Part shown: positions 29,342-38,492 of the stretch, in pieces
Layout of the letters: each line of letters begins with the position of its first letter
Numbering within the stretch: the stretch's first letter is position 1
Assembly (NCBI GenBank): GCA_963816355.1
Contig: CAWFKH010000006.1
Span: 384,001 to 448,000 of the forward strand
From: an uncultured Gemmatimonadales bacterium
Lineage (GTDB): Bacteria; Gemmatimonadota; Gemmatimonadetes; Longimicrobiales; RSA9
DNA: 64,000 bases
Direction: 5' to 3'
The notes under the pieces: model-generated
The model's database searches: none
What the model was told of the DNA's origin: nothing
The model's input: only the letters and a program-made list of their open reading frames with translations
Program-made: the position numbers and the translations under genes

Positions 29342-30412
29342 TCAGCCGCCCGCCGCCGGGGCGCCGACCCGCTGCAGCGCGCCGTACGGGTCGTCCGGCT
29401 GCGCCTTCGCGGCGCGCACGATCGCGGCGACCGTCGCGGGCAGGTCGTCGCGCATGCGCCCCAGCGCGGCTTCGAACGCCTCCAGCCGGTCGTAGTAGAG
29501 CCTGCGCGCGATGAGCGTCGCGTTGTTCAGCGGCATCGTGAGGAAGCTCTGGTAGGTGGCCACTTCGAAGCGCGGCTGCACTTCGTCGCGGAAGCGGCGC
29601 TTCGCCTCCTCGAAGACCGCCGCCCGCCGCCTCAGGATCTCCGCCCGGCCGAGCGACGGATCGCCGTAGAGCGCCTCGAGCCGGCGCACCAGGTCCTCCA
29701 TGAACGCGCCGAACACCAGCTCGTCGTGCCACAGCGAGCGCCCGAAGCGGCAGCGCCGCGAATCCTCACCATCCAGGCGACAGAAGTAGTCGATCGCCGC
29801 GTGGTCGCCCACGAAATTCGCGAAGCTCTCGTTGAAGCCCGCCTCGCTCGGCAGGTAGATCGTGTTGTGCGTCAGCTCGTGCACGACCGTCGAGAACAGG
29901 CTCACCGTGTCGTAGGCGACGATCGTCGACAGCAGCGGGTCGCTGAACCAGCCCAGCGTGCTGAACGCGCTCGTCGGCCGCACGTACGCGTCATAGCCCT
30001 CGCGCTCCAGGTCCGCCGCCTTCTCCAGCGCCTTCTCCTTGTCGAAGTAGCCGCGATACGGCACGCGCCCCACGATCGGAAACCACCACGTCACCTGCTG
30101 GAAGCGATCCTTGCGCGCCGCCGACAGCACCAGCATCAGCGTGTCGCTGTCCACCCGCGCGTACGTCGTGTAGCTGTCCCCCACGTCCAGATGCAGACGC
30201 TCGCGCGCGTACGTGCGCGCGTCCTGCGCCAGCTCCAGCTTCGCGCGCAGCGCCGGCGGCGTCGACGCGTCCGCGACGAGCGCCGCGATCGGCTCCCGCC
30301 GGCTCAGCAGGCGCGCCTCCGCAAGCCCCGCACGCACCACGTACACCGGCGAGCACGCCGCCGAAAGCAGCGCGCCGAGCGGAAGAAGGCGACGAACCCC
30401 ACGCGGCATCAT
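29342..30412 (-). CDS. Putative zinc aminopeptidase lipoprotein (DUF2265 family)
   Basis: Lipobox LSAAC, WWFPIVGRVPYRGYF, AFSTLGWFSDP, HELTH..FNESFA. Confidence 0.85.
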   Translation of the reverse strand: MMPRGVRRLLPLGALLSAACSPVYVVRAGLAEARLLSRREPIAALVADASTPPALRAKLELAQDARTYARERLHLDVGDSYTTYARVDSDTLMLVLSAARKDRFQQVTWWFPIVGRVPYRGYFDKEKALEKAADLEREGYDAYVRPTSAFSTLGWFSDPLLSTIVAYDTVSLFSTVVHELTHNTIYLPSEAGFNESFANFVGDHAAIDYFCRLDGEDSRRCRFGRSLWHDELVFGAFMEDLVRRLEALYGDPSLGRAEILRRRAAVFEEAKRRFRDEVQPRFEVATYQSFLTMPLNNATLIARRLYYDRLEAFEAALGRMRDDLPATVAAIVRAAKAQPDDPYGALQRVGAPAAGG

Positions 30413-30542
30413 GCGGCGTGAGACCCCCCGCGCACGGCCGGGTTCCGGCCGCCGCCGCCGCCCGGTTGCGCGCACCGCCGGCCCGCGCCACGCCCCGTCG
30501 CACCCGCTTGCGACGCGCGCGCCAACCGCCGATCATGCGACG

Positions 30543-30920
30543 ATGACGCGCACCTTCTTCGTACTCGGAGCCCTTCTCGCCGCCGCCGCCGTCGCCGCCG
30601 GCGCCTTCGGCGCCCACGCCCTCGCCGGACGCCTGCCCGCCGACCGCCTCGACATCTACCACACCGCCGCGCGCTACCAGATGTACCACGCCCTCGCCGT
30701 GCTCGCCGCCGCCTGGGCCGCCGACCGCTTCCCCGGCGCCGCCGCAACCGCCGCCGGCTGGCTGTTCCTCGCTGGAATCATCGTCTTCTGCGGCAGCCTC
30801 TACCTGCTCGCCGCCGGCGGACCCCGCTGGCTCGGCGCGATCACCCCGGTCGGGGGCCTCGCCTTCATCCTCGGCTGGCTCGCCCTCGCCGCGGCCCCGC
30901 TGGGCGCGACGCGCGGCTGA
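30543..30920 (+). CDS. DUF423 (YgdD/TMEM256) membrane protein
   Basis: GAFGAHAL, YQMYHAL, FCGSLY, GAITPVGG. Confidence 0.9.
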   Translation: MTRTFFVLGALLAAAAVAAGAFGAHALAGRLPADRLDIYHTAARYQMYHALAVLAAAWAADRFPGAAATAAGWLFLAGIIVFCGSLYLLAAGGPRWLGAITPVGGLAFILGWLALAAAPLGATRG

Positions 30921-31006
30921 CGGCGCGCCCTCCGGCGGCCGTCGCTCCCCCCGGCCCCGTTCCGGCCCCGCCGCCGCGCCTGCGGCCGCGCCCACCCCGG
31001 GGGGGC

Positions 31007-31067
31007 TACTATCAAGGTAGTTGACAGGCGGGCCCGCGCCGACTACCGTAGTACTAGTCCGATAGTA
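31007..31067 (+). promoter_or_regulatory. Sigma-70 promoter with two TACTA-N6-TAGT(A/T) operator palindromes
   Basis: TTGACA(31021)-N17-TACCGT. Palindromes at 31007-31022 and 31052-31067. Confidence 0.65.
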
Positions 31068-31085
31068 GACCACGGGAGGGACGAC

Positions 31086-31460
31086 ATGGCAGAGATCCAC
31101 TTCACCGATCGCGAGCTGGACGTGATGGCGGTCCTGTGGGACCGCGGCGGCGCCACGGTGGCCGAGGTGCAGGAGCGGCTTGCGGACCCGTTGGCGTACA
31201 CGACCGTGCTCACGGTGCTGCGGACGCTGGAGGAGAAGGGGCACGTCCGCCATCGGGCGGAGGGGCGGGCGTACCGCTATCTGCCGCGGGTGCCGCGGGA
31301 GGCGGCGGGGGCGAGCGCGCTGCGCCGGATCGTGGGGAAGATCTTCGCGGGCTCGCCGGAAGCGCTGCTGACGCAGCTGGTGGCGGACCGCAGGCTGACG
31401 GACGCGCAACTCGAGCGGATGCGCCGGCTGCTGGACGAGCGGCTGGGAGGTGGCCGATGA
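31086..31460 (+). CDS. BlaI/MecI/CopY family transcriptional repressor
   Basis: ELDVMAVLW..ATVAEV..LAYTTVLTVLRTLEEKG. Confidence 0.92.
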   Translation: MAEIHFTDRELDVMAVLWDRGGATVAEVQERLADPLAYTTVLTVLRTLEEKGHVRHRAEGRAYRYLPRVPREAAGASALRRIVGKIFAGSPEALLTQLVADRRLTDAQLERMRRLLDERLGGGR

Positions 31461-32731
31461 TCGGCTGGCTGTGGTACACGGCGGTGGTGGGCGCGGCGCT
31501 GTCGCTTGCGGCGTTCGCGGCGGAGGGAGCATCGCGTTCGCTGGGTCTGTCGGGGCGTTGGGCGTGGATCGGCGCGCTGGCGGGATCGATCGTCCTGCCG
31601 CTGGCGTCGCGGCTCGGTCTGACGGGGGCGGGCGGCGTGCGGGTGCTGCCGCCGCTCCCTGCGAGTGCGCCGGCGATCTCGCTGCCGGTGTTCGCGGTGG
31701 GGGAGGGTGGGCCCCGGGGACCGGGTTTCTGGACGCTCGCGGTGATCGCGGCGTGGGGTGTCGGGAGCGCGGCGGCGCTCGCGTGGCTGGCGGTCTCGGC
31801 GCTGCGGCTGCGGCGGGCGCGGCGCGGGTGGCGGCGCTCGGAGGTGGACGGGCAGGTGGTGCTGGTGTCGACGTCGATCGGACCGGCGGTGGTCGGGTGG
31901 CTGCGCGGGGACGTGGTGCTTCCGGAGTGGGCGCTGGGTCTGACGCCGCCGCGGCGGCGCATGATGCTGCGGCACGAGGCGGAGCATCTTCGCGCGCGGG
32001 ATCCGCTGCTGTTGCTGGCCGGTCGATTGCTGGCGGCGGCGCTGCCCTGGAGTCCGGCCGCGTGGCTGCAACTCCGCAGGTTGCGGCTGGCGGTGGAGCT
32101 GGATTGCGACGCGCGCGTGCTGCGCGCGGATCCGGATGTGCGCGGCTACGGCGGCCTGCTGCTCGAGGTGGGACGCCGGCACCGCGCCCCGGGGATCACC
32201 ACGGCCGCGCTGAGCGAGCCGAAGACGTTTCTCGAACTGAGGTTGGAAGCCATGCTCCAGAGAACGCGGGGACCGCGCCTCAGGCGCGCGGCCATGCTGG
32301 TGGCGGCCGCGGCGATCCTGATCGGGACGGCGATGTGCGCGCAGGATCCGACGCGCGTGCCCGCGCCGCGAGCGACGACGGTCGCGGCGCCATCGGCCGA
32401 CACCCTCCGGGACACGCCCGGCGGTCCGACCTTCACGCCCTTCACGGTGCAGCCGACGCTGAAGAACAGGGAGGACGTCGGTGCCGCGTTGATACGCTAC
32501 TACCCGCCGCTGCTGAAGGACGCGGGGATCGGCGGGATGGCAGGCGTCTGGCTGTTCGTCGATGCGGATGGCGAGGTGGCGAAGACGACGATCGGGCGCT
32601 CGAGCGGCCACGCCGCGCTCGATTCGGCCGCGCTGGCGGTCGCGAGGACCATGGTGTTCACGCCCGCGCTCAACCGGGATCGCAAGGTGCCGGTGTGGAT
32701 CCAGCTACCGATCGTGTTCGGGTCGAATTGA
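31457..32731 (+). CDS. M56 (BlaR1-like) metallopeptidase fused to a TonB C-terminal domain
   Basis: GPAVVG, HEAEH, ELDCD. C-terminal YYPPLLKDAGIGG..SSG..ALD..FTPA. Confidence 0.88.
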   Translation: MIGWLWYTAVVGAALSLAAFAAEGASRSLGLSGRWAWIGALAGSIVLPLASRLGLTGAGGVRVLPPLPASAPAISLPVFAVGEGGPRGPGFWTLAVIAAWGVGSAAALAWLAVSALRLRRARRGWRRSEVDGQVVLVSTSIGPAVVGWLRGDVVLPEWALGLTPPRRRMMLRHEAEHLRARDPLLLLAGRLLAAALPWSPAAWLQLRRLRLAVELDCDARVLRADPDVRGYGGLLLEVGRRHRAPGITTAALSEPKTFLELRLEAMLQRTRGPRLRRAAMLVAAAAILIGTAMCAQDPTRVPAPRATTVAAPSADTLRDTPGGPTFTPFTVQPTLKNREDVGAALIRYYPPLLKDAGIGGMAGVWLFVDADGEVAKTTIGRSSGHAALDSAALAVARTMVFTPALNRDRKVPVWIQLPIVFGSN

Positions 32732-32941
32732 GGACGTCCGGGCGTGGTCGGCTCGCCCGACGCAACCATTTCCGGCGTGGCGACATCGTATGACCGGTGA
32801 GGAAGGGTGACCGGTCGGCTCGCGGCGGAAGGCTCCCGCGCGGACCTGACCCCGCGCCGGCCGTGCGCGCGCCACCGGCACCCGCCTCCCGCCTCCCTCG
32901 CACGGCCCCTGCGCGCCGCTCCGGTGCAGCGGGCATCCCGC

Positions 32942-34012
32942 TCAGCGTGAAGCGCAGTACAGCCTCTCCTGGACGCGATCCCTGAGGTAGCGCCGGTTCT
33001 CTCCGTCGGAGTCGGCGCGGTAGCGGCGGTAGGTGCGGGTGTAGCGGCGATAGCTCCCGGCGCGGCCCCAAGCGCGGAGCAGCCGCTCGATCTCCGGCTC
33101 CGGCAGGATTCCCTCCGAGTTGTAGCTGAGCACGACGTGACGGCAGTCGGCGGCCTCGAGCAGGCGCTCGAGCTGGCCGACGCACGCGCTGCGGCGGGCC
33201 CAATCGCTACGCTTGTGCGCGTCGTCGCGGAGCAGGCCCACCTTGCCGCGCAGAGTCGGCGCGTCGTCGAACCAGCCCTCCGCGATGATTTCCGGGACAT
33301 GGTAGTAGGCGGGGTACTGTCGCGTGGTGTAGGGCGGATCGAGGTAGAGCAGGTCGAAGGCTTCCAGCGCGGCGACCAGTTCGGTCGCGTCGCCGATGTC
33401 CGCGCGGCAGCCGTTGCCCGGAACGACGCGTGGCACGCGCAGGTGAAGCGAGCGGGTCGCGTTCGATTGCCACGATTTGATGTAGGAGGCGTAGACACCG
33501 GCGGTGTTGGCGACGCGGTCCGCCGCCTCGATCAGGGCCGCGAGCAGCAGGTGGAACGCGTCGTCGCCGACGCGCGCTTCGCGTCGCCAGCGCTCGAGCG
33601 TCGCGCGGCTCGCGTCGATGCGCGCGGCGTTCTCCGGCGTGAAGTACATGCGGCCGCTCGTACCGCCGGCGCCGCCGCCGGGCGTGAAGTGCTCGTGGAG
33701 GAAGCCCGGCGCGGGTTCGACGCGCTGCAGCCTGGCGACGGCGCCGGCCAGCGTCGTCGGCTCGCCGTCGAGCTCCGGGCGCAGCGTCTCGAACGTCGGC
33801 TCGCGCGCCGTCTGCACGTAGGCGCGGCCGAAGACGTAGGAGAGGGCGAGCACGTCCGAGGCGACCACGCGGAAGCCCCAGCGCTTCAGCGCACGCGCGA
33901 CGCTCGCGGTGCCCGTGAACGGGTCGACGGCTAAGCCGCCGGCGATGCCACGCGCCCGCAGGACGCGACCGATGAAGCCGAGCAGCTTCGTCTTGTTGCC
34001 GATGTAGCGCAC
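32942..34012 (-). CDS. DNA adenine methyltransferase (D12/FokI-like class), orphan in this window
   Basis: MRYIGNK, DPFTGTASV (motif I), YLDPPY (motif IV), LSYN. Confidence 0.9.
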   Translation of the reverse strand: MRYIGNKTKLLGFIGRVLRARGIAGGLAVDPFTGTASVARALKRWGFRVVASDVLALSYVFGRAYVQTAREPTFETLRPELDGEPTTLAGAVARLQRVEPAPGFLHEHFTPGGGAGGTSGRMYFTPENAARIDASRATLERWRREARVGDDAFHLLLAALIEAADRVANTAGVYASYIKSWQSNATRSLHLRVPRVVPGNGCRADIGDATELVAALEAFDLLYLDPPYTTRQYPAYYHVPEIIAEGWFDDAPTLRGKVGLLRDDAHKRSDWARRSACVGQLERLLEAADCRHVVLSYNSEGILPEPEIERLLRAWGRAGSYRRYTRTYRRYRADSDGENRRYLRDRVQERLYCASR

Positions 34013-34103
34013 GGACGCGAATATACCCCGCGTTCGCCGACGCGTCCATCGGCTTGCGCCGCCCCGGTTTTCGTCGTTTTCGCGTGTCCCCCGAGGTGCA
34101 CAC

Positions 34104-34298
34104 GTGCCGCACTATCGTGCGACCATCCGTTACGGCTCCCCTCCGCGCTACCACGTGGTCAATGTGGAGGCGGCCACGCTGCGTGCCGCCATCGGCCGCA
34201 TCGCCGGTGAATTCCCGCCGGACGCGGAGGCGAGCGCGGACCTGCTCGAGCTGCGCCTGCGCGCGGATCCGGACTCGCGCGAGTTCACGCCCGGCTGA
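34104..34298 (+). CDS. Small hypothetical protein
   Basis: 64-aa protein-like ORF whose stop overlaps the waaA start (TGATG). Confidence 0.6.
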   Translation: MPHYRATIRYGSPPRYHVVNVEAATLRAAIGRIAGEFPPDAEASADLLELRLRADPDSREFTPG

Positions 34299-35662
34299 TG
34301 CCGCCGTCCCTGCGTCGGTCGCTCTACCGCGGCGCCGTCCTCTCGGCGCGTTCGCTGCTGCCGCTCGCCGCGCCCGCCAGCGAGCGGCTGCGGCGAGGCG
34401 TGGTGGGTCGCGGCGAGGCGGTCGAGCGCATGCGGGAGTGGGCGACGTCGCACCTGGCCGGCGACGCGCCGCTCGTCTGGTTCCACGCGCCCTCCGTCGG
34501 CGAGGCGCTGATGGCGCAGGCGACGATCGCGGCGCTGCGCCAGAAGCGGCCGGATGTCCGCGTCGCCTTCACCCACTTCTCGCCGTCCGCCGAACGGGTG
34601 CGCGACGCGCTCGGGGCGGACGTCGCCGCCTACCTGCCGTGGGACACGCCGGGCGACGTGCATGCGGCGCTCGAGGCGCTGCGGCCGGCGGCGCTCGTCT
34701 TCGTGCGCACGGAGATCTGGCCGGAGCTGGTGGCCCAGGCGCGGGCGCGCGGCGTGCCGTGCCTGCTGGTGAACGCGACGCTGCGGGAGGGCTCCAGCCG
34801 CCTGCGTCCCGCCGCACGGTGGCTGCTGACACCGGCGTACGCTGGCCTCGCCGCGGTGGGCGCCGCGTCGGCGCCGGACGGCCGGCTGTTCGCGCGGCTC
34901 GGCGTGCCGCCCGAGCGGGTCTTCGTCACCGGGGACGCGCGCTTCGACCAGGTGTGGTCGCGCCTCGCCGGGCGTGCGGAGCCGGCGCTCGCGGGCGTGG
35001 GCCGGGAGCGCGGTCGCTTCACGCTCGTGGCGGGGTCCACGTGGCCGCGCGACCACCGCGTCCTCGCACCGGCATGGGTGGAGGCGGCGGCGCTGGAGAG
35101 GATGCGGCTGATCGTCGCGCCGCACGAGCCGGACGGGCGCCACCTCGCCGAGGTCGAGCGGACGCTCGACGCCGTGGGCGTGCCTCACCTCCGCCTCTCG
35201 GAGGCGGAGCGGGGGGCGGCCGATCCGGCGCTCGAGGAGGCGGCGGTGGTCGTGGACCGGCTCGGCGTGCTCGCCGACCTGTACCGCATCGCCGACGCGG
35301 CGTACGTGGGCGGTGGCTTCGGCTCCGCGGGGCTGCACTCGGTCGTGGAGCCGGCGGCGCTCGGCGTGCCGGTGCTGTTCGGACCGCGGCACGGCAACGC
35401 GAGGGAGGCCGCGGAGCTAGCGGCGGCAGGCGGCGGGGTGGAGGTTCGCGGGCGGACGCAGGTCGTGGCGGCGCTGCTCCGTTTCGCGCGCTCGACGGCG
35501 GAGGGGCGCGCGGCAGGAGCGGCGGCGAGGGAGTACGTGGAGTCGCGCCTCGGTGGGGCGGCGGCGGCCGCGTCGCTCGTCGACCGGTTTCTGCCCGGTC
35601 CTGCGGCCGGGCCGGGCGGCACCCGGAAACCCGGGCCCGCGCCGGGGTATGGGGTGACATGA
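34298..35662 (+). CDS. waaA: 3-deoxy-D-manno-octulosonic acid (Kdo) transferase
   Basis: WFHAPSVGE, YLPWD, TEIWP, AGSTW, YVGGGF..HSVVEPA. Confidence 0.88.
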   Translation: MPPSLRRSLYRGAVLSARSLLPLAAPASERLRRGVVGRGEAVERMREWATSHLAGDAPLVWFHAPSVGEALMAQATIAALRQKRPDVRVAFTHFSPSAERVRDALGADVAAYLPWDTPGDVHAALEALRPAALVFVRTEIWPELVAQARARGVPCLLVNATLREGSSRLRPAARWLLTPAYAGLAAVGAASAPDGRLFARLGVPPERVFVTGDARFDQVWSRLAGRAEPALAGVGRERGRFTLVAGSTWPRDHRVLAPAWVEAAALERMRLIVAPHEPDGRHLAEVERTLDAVGVPHLRLSEAERGAADPALEEAAVVVDRLGVLADLYRIADAAYVGGGFGSAGLHSVVEPAALGVPVLFGPRHGNAREAAELAAAGGGVEVRGRTQVVAALLRFARSTAEGRAAGAAAREYVESRLGGAAAAASLVDRFLPGPAAGPGGTRKPGPAPGYGVT

Positions 35663-36852
35663 GCCAGCCAAGCGTTCCCACGGGGCTCGCCCCCGCCGCC
35701 GGCGGCGCCGCGCTGACGCGCGACGAGATCGGCCGCTATGCGCGCCACATCGTGCTGCCGGAGATCGGCATGGAGGGGCAGCGGCGGCTGAAGGCCGCCC
35801 GCGTCCTGATGGTGGGCGCGGGCGGCCTCGGCTCGCCCGCCGGCCTCTACCTCGCCGCGGCGGGCGTCGGGGCACTCGGCGTCGTCGACTTCGACGCGGT
35901 GGATGCGAGCAACCTGCACCGGCAGGTGCTCTATTCGACCGAGGACGTGGGGCGTCCCAAGCTGGAGGCGGCGCTCGAGCGGCTGCACGGCGTGAATCCG
36001 CACGTGGCGCTGGAGCCGCACGCGACGCGGCTGACGAGCGACAACGCGCTCGACATCATCGCCGGGTACGACCTCGTGGTGGACGGGAGCGACAACTTCC
36101 CCACGCGCTACCTGGTCAACGACGCCTGCGTGTTGCTCGGCAAGCCGTACGTGTACGGCGCGATTTTCCGCTTCGAAGGCCAGGTCTCGATCTTCGCCGC
36201 GCCCGGCGGGCCGTGTTATCGCTGCCTGTTCCGTGAGCCGCCGCCGCCCGGTGCGGTGCCCGGCTGCGCGGAGGGCGGCGTGCTGGGCGTGCTGCCCGGC
36301 ATCGTCGGTTCGATGCAGGCGCTGGAAGCGGTCAAGTGGATTACCGGAGCGGGCGAGACGCTCGCCGGGCGCGTGCTCCTGTTCGACGCCCTCGCGCCTC
36401 GCTGGCGGGAGCTGCGGCTGCGCCGCAACGCGGAGTGCCCCGCGTGCGGCGATCGGCCCACGATCGATCACCTCATCGACTACGAGGAGTTCTGCGGCGT
36501 GAAACCCGACAGCGCGGCCGGGGCGGAGATCCCGGAGATCTCGGTGGTGGAGCTGAAGGAGCGGCTCGATCGCGGCGACCGGATCGCCCTCGTCGACATC
36601 CGTGAGCCGTACGAATGGGAGATCGCGAACCTCGGCGAGGAGGGAGCGCGGCTGCTGCCGCTCTCCGAGCTCGGCGAGCGCTCGGGCGAGCTCGACCCGG
36701 CGGAGGAGATCGTCGTGCTCTGCCGCTCCGGCAGCCGCAGCGCGAAGCTCGTTCGCGAGCTCGTGCGCGCGGGCTTCCCGCGAGTCTGGAACTTGCGGGG
36801 TGGCATCCTGGCGTGGTCGGAGGAGATCGACCCCACCAAGCGCCGCTACTGA
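35659..36852 (+). CDS. moeB: MoeB/MoeZ ThiF-family adenylyltransferase with C-terminal rhodanese
   Basis: RYARHIVL, GAGGLGS, SNLHRQ, PCYRC, rhodanese CRSGSRS. Confidence 0.92.
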   Translation: MSQPSVPTGLAPAAGGAALTRDEIGRYARHIVLPEIGMEGQRRLKAARVLMVGAGGLGSPAGLYLAAAGVGALGVVDFDAVDASNLHRQVLYSTEDVGRPKLEAALERLHGVNPHVALEPHATRLTSDNALDIIAGYDLVVDGSDNFPTRYLVNDACVLLGKPYVYGAIFRFEGQVSIFAAPGGPCYRCLFREPPPPGAVPGCAEGGVLGVLPGIVGSMQALEAVKWITGAGETLAGRVLLFDALAPRWRELRLRRNAECPACGDRPTIDHLIDYEEFCGVKPDSAAGAEIPEISVVELKERLDRGDRIALVDIREPYEWEIANLGEEGARLLPLSELGERSGELDPAEEIVVLCRSGSRSAKLVRELVRAGFPRVWNLRGGILAWSEEIDPTKRRY

Positions 36853-36892
36853 TCGCACGACGGCTACGGATCCCACGAACGGCAGGAGACTC

Positions 36893-38401
36893 TTGCATCA
36901 TCGCAGTGAGAAGGACCACGACCGCGACGGGTGGCCGGCGCGCGGCACCGACTGGCTACGCAGCCGCCGCACCCTCGCCATCGCCGGCGCGGCCGCTCTG
37001 GTCGCGCTCGGCGCGCTCGCCTTTCCCGGACCGCGTCGCGCTGACGAACCGTCCGCGACCCGCCCATCCGCGGCGTCGCTCGCCTCCGTCGCGGCCGCCG
37101 GGAGGGCCGCGGCGGCCGGCCCCGGATCCGCGACGGGCACGGCCGCGGCGGACGGCGGCGCGGGGCGCGAGGGGACGGCCGACGGCGCGGCCGCGCGGCA
37201 GGCGATCCCGGCCGATCTGCCCCCGGTCACGCCGGCGAGCTTCGCGGTGCACGTGGACGCGCTGCCGGCGGCGGAGCGGGTGGCGCGGCCCGCCGCGATT
37301 CACGGCATCTACCTGAACGCGTGGGCTGCGGGATCGGCCCGGAAGCGCGCGAAGCTGATCGCGCTGGCGGACCGGACGGAGGTGAACGCCTTCGTCGTCG
37401 ACGTGAAGGACGCGACCGGCCACGTGAGCTACGAGAGCAGCATGGCGCTGGCGCGGAAGATCGGCGCGAGCCAGGCGCGCGTCGGCGACATCCGCGCTTT
37501 CCTGGCGGAGCTGCGTTCGCACGGGATCTACCCGATCGCGCGTATCGTCGCTTTCAAGGATCCGGTGCTCGCGGCGGCGCGGCCCGACTGGGCGATCCGG
37601 GACACCGCGGGCGGCCTCTGGCACGACCGCTACGGCGACACCTGGGTGGACGCCTACGACCGGCGCGTGTGGGACTACGACATCGCGCTGGCCCGCGAGG
37701 CGATGGAGCTCGGCTTCTCCGAGATCCAGTGGGACTACGTCCGCTTCCCGGACACGCCGGCGCGCCAGATGCGCAACGCCGTCTTCGCGGCCGCCGCCGG
37801 CCGCACGAAGGCGCAGGCGATCAGCGAGTTCCTCCGCTACTCCCGCGATCAGCTCTCCGACGTCGGTGCGACCGTCACCGCCGACGTCTTCGGGCTCACG
37901 ACGTCGGCCGGCTCCGACATGGGGATCGGCCAGTACTGGCCGATGATGGTGGGCGCGACCGACGCACTGCTCCCGATGGTGTATCCGTCGCACTACCGCA
38001 AAGGCTCCTACGGCATCGCCTACCCCAACGGCAGCCCGTACGAGATCGTCAAGACGGCGCTGGAGCACGGCCTGCGCCGCAGCGAGGGCGTCGCGGACGC
38101 GGCCGAGATCCGGCCGTGGCTGCAGGACTTCACGCTCGGCCGGCCGCGCTACGGTGCCGCCGAGGTGCGCGCGCAGATCCGCGCCGTCTACGACGTCGGG
38201 CTGCGCGACTGGATCCTGTGGAATCCCGGCAGCGACTACACGGTGGCCGCGCTCGCGCCCGCGGGTGGCGATGCGCCCGCCTTCGACATCCCTCACTTCG
38301 CGCCGAACGCGAAGCCCGTCACTTCGATCCAGCGTGACGGGCCGCGGCTGCTCGGCACGCCGATCGAGCTGCCGGACACCGCCGGCGCGGTCCGCCGCTG
38401 A
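36893..38401 (+). CDS. Putative glycoside hydrolase (DUF4015)
   Basis: TTG start after AGGAG, N-terminal TM, VVDVKD, EIQWDYVRFP, PMVYPSHY, RPWLQDF. Confidence 0.85.
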   Translation: MHHRSEKDHDRDGWPARGTDWLRSRRTLAIAGAAALVALGALAFPGPRRADEPSATRPSAASLASVAAAGRAAAAGPGSATGTAAADGGAGREGTADGAAARQAIPADLPPVTPASFAVHVDALPAAERVARPAAIHGIYLNAWAAGSARKRAKLIALADRTEVNAFVVDVKDATGHVSYESSMALARKIGASQARVGDIRAFLAELRSHGIYPIARIVAFKDPVLAAARPDWAIRDTAGGLWHDRYGDTWVDAYDRRVWDYDIALAREAMELGFSEIQWDYVRFPDTPARQMRNAVFAAAAGRTKAQAISEFLRYSRDQLSDVGATVTADVFGLTTSAGSDMGIGQYWPMMVGATDALLPMVYPSHYRKGSYGIAYPNGSPYEIVKTALEHGLRRSEGVADAAEIRPWLQDFTLGRPRYGAAEVRAQIRAVYDVGLRDWILWNPGSDYTVAALAPAGGDAPAFDIPHFAPNAKPVTSIQRDGPRLLGTPIELPDTAGAVRR

Positions 38402-38420
38402 CGCGGAGCGCCGGAACCTC

Positions 38421-38492
38421 CCTCGCCGCGCCGCTTCACTCGTCGGGCCGCGCCGCCTCACCCTCCTCGCCGCGCCGCTTCACTCGCCGGGC
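38421..38492. repeat. 28-bp direct repeat at the 3' end of the mutS-like gene
   Basis: CCTCGCCGCGCCGCTTCACTCG(T/C)CGGGC at 38421-38448 and 38465-38492. Confidence 0.75.

Noticed and set aside
26627..30421. 1264-aa plus-strand ORF (also 38531..42088, 996..2807 and the upstream part of 48232..52032)
   Set aside because: Shadow ORFs, antisense or out of frame to well-supported genes. Stop codons are rare at this GC content.
32732..32950. Small ORF or sRNA between M56-TonB and the methylase
   Set aside because: The translation is Arg/Pro-rich with no motif, and no recognisable RNA structure was seen.
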